DNA of 32,000 bases from Hyperthermus butylicus DSM 5456. GTDB lineage: Archaea > Thermoproteota > Thermoprotei_A > Sulfolobales > Pyrodictiaceae. The notes under the pieces were generated by a model. That model was not told the origin of the DNA, made no database searches, and saw only the letters and a program-made list of their open reading frames with translations. Positions 23,774-31,298 of the stretch are shown here, one piece after another. The translations under genes and the position numbers were made by a program. Position 1 is the stretch's first letter, and every line of letters begins with the position of its first letter. Location of the stretch: the NCBI RefSeq assembly GCF_000015145.1, contig NC_008818.1, positions 300,001-332,000 of the forward strand. The letters are read 5' to 3'.

Positions 23774-23990
23774 GCCAATAGCCCAAGGTATGGTCGGACC
23801 CGCTTGCCAGCATATATATTTGATTTGGACACCATACCTCTAGGTTGAGCCTTCGAGCTTGCTCAACCACTACATGTTTATCCACGGCTATACGGCATAC
23901 GGAAGGCTCGACCTGGACAGGGACGTGTAGATAGACGCGGCGAGACGAGAAGACCACGCTACCGCCTGGGGGTCCGGGAGTATGTATGTG

Positions 23991-24665
23991 CTAGCTGTTG
24001 TATGCCTCGTCTAGGCTCGCTGCTTCGCGCGTTACACCCTCTTCGACGTAGACTACTCGGCTTGCTATCTTTGAGAGCAGGTAGGTGTCGTGGGAGGCTA
24101 TCGCTATGCCTGTCTCTTCCCCTGCTAGCTCCTCTAGGAGTTTCGCGAGTTTTCCACGCCGTGGGGGGTCTAGGTGTGCAAATGGCTCGTCGAGGAGCAG
24201 GTAGTGTGGCTTGACCGCTACCGCCCTGGCTAGCGCTACTAGCTGCGCCTGGCCCGCGGAGAGGCCCCTGGCTCTGCGGTGTAGGAGCCCAGCTATGCCG
24301 AGCAGTTCTGCTGCCCGGCGGGCCTCCCTCTCGGCTTCCTCGGGGCTTAGCCCACGGAGCCTCAGCCCGTAGGCAATGTTGTCTAGCACCGTGCCCCGGA
24401 GCATTATGGGCTTCTCATGCACGTAGACTACTACTCTCCGTGCATGCACAAGGCTGCCATCACGCCACGGGTCACGTCCTTCTACCAGTACTGTGCCACG
24501 CTGCGGCCTTAGTAGGAGGCCTGCCAGCTTGAGCAGGGTTGTCTTTCCCGCGCCGTTCGGCCCGACTACCGCGACTATTTCGCCCCTCTCAACGCGGATG
24601 CCTGCGCCGCGTAGAGCCCAGCGCCGCCCATCGTAGCTGTACCACGCGTTCTCAACGCGTATCAA
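23991..24665 (-). CDS. tupC: ABC transporter ATP-binding protein (tungstate/anion type)
   Basis: Walker A is GPNGAGKTT, the signature motif is LSAGQAQ, and Walker B is LLLDEP. It is the last gene of the tupABC string. Confidence 0.8.
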   Translation of the reverse strand: MIRVENAWYSYDGRRWALRGAGIRVERGEIVAVVGPNGAGKTTLLKLAGLLLRPQRGTVLVEGRDPWRDGSLVHARRVVVYVHEKPIMLRGTVLDNIAYGLRLRGLSPEEAEREARRAAELLGIAGLLHRRARGLSAGQAQLVALARAVAVKPHYLLLDEPFAHLDPPRRGKLAKLLEELAGEETGIAIASHDTYLLSKIASRVVYVEEGVTREAASLDEAYNS

Positions 24666-24671
24666 GGCGTT

Positions 24672-25304
24672 TCACGCCCACAGCCTCTGCACAAGCCTGG
24701 CCACGAGTGAGACGAGGAGCGTTATTGCGAGGAGTACCGCGCCGAGCCTCATTGCGAACTCGTACTCTCCCATCGAGACGCCTAGCGCTATTGCTGTGGT
24801 CAGCGTCCTGGTGTATCCCTTAATGTTGCCGCCAACCATGAATGCCACGCCCAGCTCGCCTATAGCCCGGGAGAACCCCATTACCACCGATGCTACGAGA
24901 CCCGGCAATGCTTCCCGTACAACCGTGATCATTGCCTGCCTACTTGTTGCGCCAAGGCTATATGCTAGCTCGCCGTATACCTCGAAGCCGTGCCTTAGCA
25001 CGCGGTATGCAACACTTGTAACGAGGGGCGTTACGAGTACCGCCTCCCCGATTATTATTGCTTGGGGCGTATAGAGGAGGTCTAGAAATCCGAGGGGCCC
25101 GGAGCGGCTCAGCAGCATGTACAGTAGGAGGCCCACGAGAACAGTCGGAATACCCACAAGGGCCTCTAGGATGGGGGCGAGAGCCTGGAGTCTACGGCGG
25201 GACGCGATGAGATAAGCTAGTGGTATACTCCAAAGCGAGGCTAGGAGCGTCGCTGTTCCAGAGACGTATATGCTTCTAAAAACGATGTCTCCGAGCTCCC
25301 CCAA
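24672..25304 (-). CDS. tupB: ABC transporter permease (tungstate/anion type)
   Basis: 210 aa with 5-6 TM segments. It lies between the TupA-like binding protein and the ATPase. Confidence 0.8.
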   Translation of the reverse strand: MGELGDIVFRSIYVSGTATLLASLWSIPLAYLIASRRRLQALAPILEALVGIPTVLVGLLLYMLLSRSGPLGFLDLLYTPQAIIIGEAVLVTPLVTSVAYRVLRHGFEVYGELAYSLGATSRQAMITVVREALPGLVASVVMGFSRAIGELGVAFMVGGNIKGYTRTLTTAIALGVSMGEYEFAMRLGAVLLAITLLVSLVARLVQRLWA

Positions 25305-25323
25305 CCCAGGGGAACCCCCCGGC

Positions 25324-26232
25324 TTAGCTCTCTGCGAGCTGCTGCCATATCCTGGCTAGCTCGTCCTCGTGGCCCTCTGCTGGGTAGAATAGTGGCTGGC
25401 CGTACTTCTCGACACCATAGCTTGCTATGAGGTCCTGGTGTGTAACTAGAAACTCTGCAAATTCTTCAGCAGCTTTCCTCTCCCCGCCCTGGCAGCTCTT
25501 GACCAGGTATACGCTGTAGATGTTTATGAGCTCCATGCTGTTACTGTAGAGTATTTCGAGGTTTGGTATACGTCCATCCTTCTTGAGCTTGAGGTAGGTG
25601 CCTATATCGCTTAGCGTGTAGGCTCCCAGCTCGTTAGCTCTCACGAGCGTGTCAGCCATACCAGCGCCAACCTCCAGGTACCATTTCTTCCCGTGAGGGT
25701 CTAGGCTAGCCATCCTCCAGATGCTCAGCTCCTTCACGTGTGTGCCCGAGTTGTCGCCTCGGCTCACAAACTTGGCCTTGCCTGCCTCTCCCGCCTCGTA
25801 TATTCTCCGGAATGCATCTACAGCGTTAACTGCCCGCCTCACACCCGCAGGGTCATCAGCTGGGCCCACGATTATGAAGTAGTTGTAGGCGAATATCCTC
25901 CCATCCTCTATAACGCCCTTCTCTATGTACTCCTTTTCTAGGCTTGGCGCGTGGACAAACACTATACAAGCGTCGCCCTGCGCAGCTCTCCTTAGAGCTT
26001 CACCACTACCGACAGGTATGAAGTCTATTTCCACCTTCGGATGCGTCTTCCTGAACTCCTGCTCCAGGTACTCCAGCAGCCCCGTAGCATAGAGGCTCGT
26101 GGTTGTTGTCGCCCTAACCCTCACATTGCCCGTATCCTTGCCCGGGAGGAGCTGGTATGCCACAATAGCTGATGCGAGTAGGACAACTGCTAGCACTACA
26201 ATAGCCATCGTGCGGCTGCGCACTACCACCAT
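25324..26232 (-). CDS. tupA: Tungstate-binding protein TupA-like (PBP_like_2)
   Basis: It has an N-terminal anchor followed by RVRATTTTSLYATGLLEYLE. TTTS is the motif I know as characteristic of TupA. A TATA-like AAATATTT lies about 28 nt upstream of the ATG, suggesting a leaderless transcript. Confidence 0.75.
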   Translation of the reverse strand: MVVVRSRTMAIVVLAVVLLASAIVAYQLLPGKDTGNVRVRATTTTSLYATGLLEYLEQEFRKTHPKVEIDFIPVGSGEALRRAAQGDACIVFVHAPSLEKEYIEKGVIEDGRIFAYNYFIIVGPADDPAGVRRAVNAVDAFRRIYEAGEAGKAKFVSRGDNSGTHVKELSIWRMASLDPHGKKWYLEVGAGMADTLVRANELGAYTLSDIGTYLKLKKDGRIPNLEILYSNSMELINIYSVYLVKSCQGGERKAAEEFAEFLVTHQDLIASYGVEKYGQPLFYPAEGHEDELARIWQQLAES

Positions 26233-26262
26233 CCATTTTCTGCGGGCAGAGCCTGCAAATAT

Positions 26263-26287
26263 TTATCCGTTACCTAGTACCGGATAA
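26263..26287. promoter_or_regulatory. 25-bp near-palindrome TTATCCGtTAC-cta-GTAcCGGATAA abutting the tupA TATA box; candidate operator
   Basis: Read directly. The arms are 11 nt with one mismatch. It lies in the 94-bp gap between the tupA start and the stop of the ModE-like regulator gene. Confidence 0.4.
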
Positions 26288-26326
26288 CGACCTTTGCTAA
26301 TAATAATTATTATGGCCCCGATGGGC

Positions 26327-27430
26327 TTAGAGCTCTAGGATGTCCCCGGTGTTGCTGGCTACGCGGTAGCCTGGAAGCGTGCTAAGGACTTCGTGAAACT
26401 CTTTGCTTGACAGGGCTTCAAGGAATTGTTCGACAGGCCTTGTTTTTAGCCTGGAACGGGGTATGAGGAAGTCGAACTGCTCCCAGCGTACCGGGGTAAA
26501 GCTTAGCCCGTGTAGTAGTGCTGCTGCCTGCAGCGCGAGACCCACGTCGGCCTCTCCACGCGCAACCACGCCGGCAACTTCCATGTGGGTGCGCGCCTCG
26601 ACGCTGTAGCCTTTAACGATCTCTGGTATCTTCGCTGGGTCTATGCCGTGGCGTTTTGCTTCTCTTGCCAGGAGATCGTCGAGAACCAGCCTTGTTCCGG
26701 TGCCCTTCTGTCTGTTGACGAGCCTCAGCCTCCCCCTGATAATGCCTTCAAGTATTTCGTCTAGACTCATTTGCTCCCTAGAGACGAAGCCTAGAAGCCT
26801 CTCGTAGCCCTTGACTAGTACTGCTACACCCCTGGGCAAGGTATTCCGAAGATAGGGGATGTTGTAGCCCTCCCCCGTGTATATATGGATGCCAGCCACG
26901 TCGGCTTCTTCAAGGAGTACTGAGGCTACGCCACGGATTGATCCTAGCCAGTGCGCTTCGAATACAACACCTCTACCGCGGAGTATACCTAGAAGCCTCT
27001 CAACCGCAATGTCGTGACTGCCAGCGTAGACTCCCAGCTCTACCCTTTCACCAGCAGCTGCTAGTGACGGCTGAAACTCCTGGCCGGTAAGACTGCGGTA
27101 AGCCTCAACGAACCTTGCTATAAGCTCACGGCCAGCCTCGGTTAGTCTTGCACCACCACCACCGCGGCCCCCACGACGTGCCTCGACAAGTTTCACGCCA
27201 AGCGCATGCTCGGCCCTAGCTATGCACTCCCAGGCTCTAGAATAGGCTAGACCTACAGCCCTTGCAGCCCGCAGTATTGAGCCATACTTATCCACAGCTA
27301 TCAGCAGAGAGACGAGCTGTTCATCGACAACAAACCCGTCACAGTACAGTTTAACCTCAAGCCTTGGAACGAGACTACAGCGCAAAGCCACGTCCACTAA
27401 GCCCTGAGGATAGTGTACATACCAGCACAT
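26327..27430 (-). CDS. ModE-N-terminal HTH fused to a periplasmic-binding-protein-like (molybdate/tungstate-sensing) domain; putative tup regulator
   Basis: LIAVDKYGSILRAARAVGLAYSRAWECIARAEHALGVKLVEARRGGRGGGGARLTEAGRELI matches the ModE/LysR-type HTH with its RGGxxGGG loop. The C-terminal ~230 aa look PBP-like. The true start is probably downstream of the track start. Confidence 0.7.
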   Translation of the reverse strand: MCWYVHYPQGLVDVALRCSLVPRLEVKLYCDGFVVDEQLVSLLIAVDKYGSILRAARAVGLAYSRAWECIARAEHALGVKLVEARRGGRGGGGARLTEAGRELIARFVEAYRSLTGQEFQPSLAAAGERVELGVYAGSHDIAVERLLGILRGRGVVFEAHWLGSIRGVASVLLEEADVAGIHIYTGEGYNIPYLRNTLPRGVAVLVKGYERLLGFVSREQMSLDEILEGIIRGRLRLVNRQKGTGTRLVLDDLLAREAKRHGIDPAKIPEIVKGYSVEARTHMEVAGVVARGEADVGLALQAAALLHGLSFTPVRWEQFDFLIPRSRLKTRPVEQFLEALSSKEFHEVLSTLPGYRVASNTGDILEL

Positions 27431-27570
27431 AGTATTATTTCATGCTACTGGCCTAGCCTTGGGCATCCAGACACAGCGTCTTGTCTCCTCGCTCTCTAGT
27501 CTCCCGCCTAGCCTAGATTAAGGGGGATGTGCCCCGGTAAGCGTTAAGGGAGAGTGTAGAGCCGGAACAG

Positions 27571-28016
27571 GTGGTGTGCGTGGCTAAGGTTCGCGTGGAG
27601 GCTGAGGCTAGACCTACGGAGGACGTGGAGAAGGTTAAGCAAGCGATACTAAACGTGTTCATACCGGACCGTATATGGGTCGAGGATCTTGGCCGTGGCT
27701 ACCGCCTCGTTGTTGCTGAGTCCTACTCGCTGCGTAGCCTTGTTAAGTTGTATGAGATGTTGAGGCAGGAGAGGATACTCGATGCTGCGAGGAGCTACAT
27801 GATGCGGTGTGTTGAGCGCGGTGTGCTTGTGTTTAAGCTGAATAAGCAAGCACATATGTTGGCAGGGTAAGCATGGTCGACATGGACTCTGAAGCGCCAC
27901 TGGGCCCAATAACATTCATCGTCGAGCATAGCAACCCGAGGGAGGTTGTTGACTGGCTAGCTCCCCCCACGCGTATGGGAAGGCCTATCTATGAGAAACC
28001 AATGCCCAGCGACTAG
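27571..28016 (+). CDS. UPF0201 (COG1325, predicted RNA-binding/exosome-associated) protein, interrupted by a -1 frame break at a GGG run
   Basis: Frame A (27571-27870) reads ..VEAEARPTEDVEKVKQAILNVF...LRQERILDAARSYM...FKLNKQAHMLAG*. Frame B (27867-28016) reads VSMVDMDSEAPLGPITFIVEHSNPREVVDWLAPPTRMGRPIYEKPMPSD*. Together they reproduce the full-length family pattern (LNKQAA..G.VSF...PLGPI...DWLAP.T..GRP). Confidence 0.65.
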
Positions 28017-28069
28017 CAGCGTATTACGGGGCAAGCCTTCTAAGCCTCTCACCCAGCATAGCCGTAAAC

Positions 28070-28645
28070 ATGCCTGGGGGCACTGTGTCGGGGGCACATC
28101 GACTCATAATACTTGTCGCTGGCATGCCTGGCAGCGGCAAAAGCGTTCTCTCCTCGATCGCGAGGTCCATGGGGATACCCGTCTACGTTATGGGTGATAT
28201 TGTACGGGAGGAGGCCCGCAGAAGGGGTATCGAGCCTACACCCGAAAACCTCAACCGGCTTGCTAGGCTCCTACGCGAAGAGCACGGCTCAACGGTTGTA
28301 GCTGAGAGGACGGCCTCAAAGATAGCCAGCGACGACCACTCCATAGTCCTCGTGGACGGTGTCCGCAGCCTCGACGAGGTGGCAGTCTTCGAGAAGCTCG
28401 GTAAAACCGTGATAGTCGCGGTGCACGCCTCTCCCCGGACTAGGTTTGAGAGGATCCGGAGGCGGGGACGGCCCGGGGATCCGACTACGTGGGAGGAGTT
28501 TCGCCAGCGCGACCTTACAGAGCTGGGGTTCGGACTCGGAAACGTGATAGCCCTCGCAGACTACATGCTCGTGAACGAGTTGAGCCTCGAGGAGTTCGAG
28601 GCGGAGGCTAAAAGGCTGCTCTCGAGGCTTACCGGGCAGGGCTAA
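28070..28645 (+). CDS. UPF0200 family P-loop kinase-like protein (dephospho-CoA-kinase/adenylate-kinase-related)
   Basis: GMPGSGKS is the P-loop. VLVDGVRSLDEVAVFEKL, VAVHASPRTRFERIRRR and RDLTELGFGLGNVIALADY closely follow the UPF0200 pattern. It shows the usual adjacency to UPF0201. Confidence 0.75.
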   Translation: MPGGTVSGAHRLIILVAGMPGSGKSVLSSIARSMGIPVYVMGDIVREEARRRGIEPTPENLNRLARLLREEHGSTVVAERTASKIASDDHSIVLVDGVRSLDEVAVFEKLGKTVIVAVHASPRTRFERIRRRGRPGDPTTWEEFRQRDLTELGFGLGNVIALADYMLVNELSLEEFEAEAKRLLSRLTGQG

Positions 28646-29061
28646 GCGCTAGCCTCTACGCCGACACCAGCCTCGGCAATAGCTGGCTGCAGCTCAAAGC
28701 CTTCAGCCCTAATGCCGAGCAGACTAGCTATCCTTACAGCCTCACTGTAGACGAGTTCCTTCACAGCTGGCGAGAGCAACAGGTCGTCGAGGTACAGCCT
28801 ACCATCGACACCCTCGTAGACGAGGCCCGCCCGGCGGTAGAACCCCAGCTCTGCTACTACGTCAGCTACGCGGAACCCTCTGGGCAGGTAACCCGTCTCC
28901 CTCAGCCGGTAGAGGTCGTCAAGCAGCCGCGGCAGGCTGGCAGGCTCCAGGGCTAGCCTCGCCAGCACCGCGACCCGGAGCACCTCAAGGGAGCGCAGGT
29001 ATTCGCTGTACGTTACACTCCAGCTCCAAACATACTCTAGACAAGCCATACCCCTCGGCAC
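28642..29061 (-). CDS. Hypothetical protein, possibly winged-helix
   Basis: 139 aa with native-like codon usage. LARLALEPASLPRLLDDLYRL....VADVVAELGFYRRAGLVYEGVDGRLYL has a wHTH-like pattern, but this is weak. It is convergent with UPF0200 (4-nt overlap) and divergent from the 29288 island. Confidence 0.4.
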   Translation of the reverse strand: MPRGMACLEYVWSWSVTYSEYLRSLEVLRVAVLARLALEPASLPRLLDDLYRLRETGYLPRGFRVADVVAELGFYRRAGLVYEGVDGRLYLDDLLLSPAVKELVYSEAVRIASLLGIRAEGFELQPAIAEAGVGVEASA

Positions 29062-29243
29062 CCAGATTATTACTCTAGCACCAGCCGCGTGTATCCGGGG
29101 GAGGGCGTAGTATCAACCAGGTATAACCAACGATAATACGATGCTACTGCACTAGGAGCGTGTACCCTCAGGATTAGCGCGTCCTCAGTGCTTGACACGG
29201 TTCACGTAGCGGCTCCAAAATACTCATCTTGTCTTGACCAAGC

Positions 29244-29266
29244 TATATAACTGAAATCATTTCAGT
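29244..29266. promoter_or_regulatory. TATA-like TATATAA followed by a perfect 17-bp palindrome ACTGAAAT-C-ATTTCAGT, 22 nt before the GTG at 29288
   Basis: Read directly. TATATAA is at 29244-29250 and the palindrome at 29250-29266, between the TATA and the expected transcription start. Confidence 0.45.
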
Positions 29267-29287
29267 AATTGTTTTCCTGGTGATATA

Positions 29288-30447
29288 GTGACACGTTCCC
29301 TCCTAGTAGCTGCTGCAGCTGCCGTAGCTGTAGCAGCAATAATCCTGGCACCCGCATTATTCGATAAGGATAGCTATGGGGTAACGTTCGTCGTTGAGCC
29401 ATCCGCATTAGAGCTTAATGGTAGACAACTCTTCGGCCACGTGCAGGTCGTGATATCAACCCCTAATGGTCCAATCACCAAGGACTACAATATCAGCGGG
29501 AGCAGGCAGCTAGTAATACACGTCTCTATCCCCGAGCGCGTCGTAGAGGAGTGGATGGAGTTCTACAAAGAGTTCGAGAACTACGCAGGAAAGACGGGGG
29601 TAAAGGCGCCGGGTAAGCCTCTGCCCACAGTCTCCCTAGTATTCTACCTCTATGACGACCAGGGGAACAGTTACACGGGAGCCTTCAGCTTCTCAACAGT
29701 AACATACCTAATGATGTTCAAGAAGACACCGCTAGATAAGGCAGTAGAGATGGCAAGTGAAAACCCGTTCCTAGCATTCACCAAGAAGCCAGTGGTTACA
29801 CTGAGGAGCCCAGTCGAAATCGGCTTACGCAAGGTAGGAGATATGGCTCCACCCATTGTCAAGGAGATGTTGAAAGAGGCAGAGGAGAGGAGAGCCGACC
29901 TATCCAAGCCACTAGTAGCGACAGCTTATACCGCCTCGACGGGGCAGTGCACACCATACACACTGGTATGGTTCGAGGAGCTATACGACGCCGCGTACAA
30001 TCCCCCGAAGGGTGGAGACAACGAATCATAAACGCCGACTCACAATGCCCCGAGGGACTCTGGTACTTCTTCGCCACAAGATTCTCCAAAGCCTACTACT
30101 ATCCCGCAAGCACCTACACCGCCGAAGAAGCATTACAAGCAACAATAGCTCAGACCGGGATCCCAAGCAGAGTATACACCATGGACGACTTCCTCTACAG
30201 ACTTGCACGGGCCGGTGCTCCTGCCTGCATCTCCGCAGAATGGAGAGATGCTATAACCCCAAGCTTCAAACTATACGATGTACCAGTCATAGGCGCGAGA
30301 GTAACATACTATGAAGATAAGCCAGTCCGAGTAGGACTTATATTTGCAGGCTTTGGTGGCACAACATACAGTAGTGGCACAACATACCGTGAAACTATAG
30401 TAAACCCGCAACAACACACATTGCAGAGCCCTATTAATGGAGAATAA
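29288..30447 (+). CDS. Membrane-anchored extracellular protein of unknown function, split into two frames at a C5 run (30002-30006)
   Basis: ORF 29288..30031 has an N-terminal anchor (LLVAAAAAVAVAAIILAPALF). ORF 29947..30447 has no plausible start outside the 85-nt overlap. One extra C would give the continuous sequence ..LYDAAYNPPEGWRQRIINADSQCPEGLWYFF.. and a 386-aa protein. Confidence 0.5.
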
Positions 30448-30494
30448 AATCGCTCAGTATATATCCCGAGCAGAGGTACTGGCAAGGCTATATA

Positions 30495-31037
30495 ATGGTT
30501 CCAACGATCTACTACCTTCAAGCGGATGGAGTTATAGTGGTATATGATGTTGACCGAGTCTATGACGGTGTTTGCTACTACTATCGTGTAGTGCCAGTAG
30601 TAACGTTTATCCCGCTCTACATGCAATATGTAATGGTAATTAACGATGTATATCCGCTGGGAATGCCATTGGATGAGCCTCCACCGGAAAGTTTCAATGA
30701 TTTACTATGGAGTCCATATGCCGTTGAAGTACTAAGTAACTATTACACATCCGCTAATGTTGGCCAAATACTCTACGAGGATGTGACTGTTGGAGGTACA
30801 GTGTGGGGCGAGGTTGCTGGCGTTGGTACGAACCCACTGAAAACGTATGTTGATGTAGTGCTTAACGGCGTGTTTGGTGCTGTTGGTGAGGTTGGCACGC
30901 TTACATCCATATTCTACACCATTATCAGCAACTCGATATCGCATGCAGAGTTTAATGCCGGATTTGCAGCCATAGGAGTAGATATAGTTGTTGAAACAAC
31001 AGCTTCAACATACAATCTTGCTTTATACAGTTTATAA
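30495..31037 (+). CDS. Hypothetical Tyr/Val-rich protein (180 aa), possibly extended to 31116 in another frame
   Basis: ATG preceded by TATATA-like boxes, and low GC. I recognise no family. See the finding on the duplicated EVGT motif in the downstream frame. Confidence 0.45.
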   Translation: MVPTIYYLQADGVIVVYDVDRVYDGVCYYYRVVPVVTFIPLYMQYVMVINDVYPLGMPLDEPPPESFNDLLWSPYAVEVLSNYYTSANVGQILYEDVTVGGTVWGEVAGVGTNPLKTYVDVVLNGVFGAVGEVGTLTSIFYTIISNSISHAEFNAGFAAIGVDIVVETTASTYNLALYSL

Positions 31038-31298
31038 GTCTACGCTGCTGGATGCTGCTACGTCGTCCTACATGCCGTTAATCGGCTACTATACTGTTGA
31101 GGTTGGCACGCCCTAAGCTCCTCCGCCGGGTGCGCAGTCGAAAAGAAGCTGTAGGAGCTCCCTGAACTCTTGTGAGGGCTTCTATACTGGGTTCACGTTT
31201 TTGAACCTTGAAAATCTTTCTTTATATCCCGGCTATATCTTTTGCACACGCTAGACTTTCTATGTGTGCTTCTGGTTTGCTATTCTTCTCGGGGCTGT

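Noticed and set aside
23843-23868. 8-bp inverted repeat GGTTGAGC-n10-GCTCAACC between tupC and vapB
   Set aside because: The hairpin is real, but it is short and isolated with no T-tract. It could be a weak terminator or operator, and there is not enough support to call either.
23745-23957. 70-aa minus-strand ORF upstream of vapB
   Set aside because: It overlaps the vapB promoter and start. It has no motifs and poor coding character.
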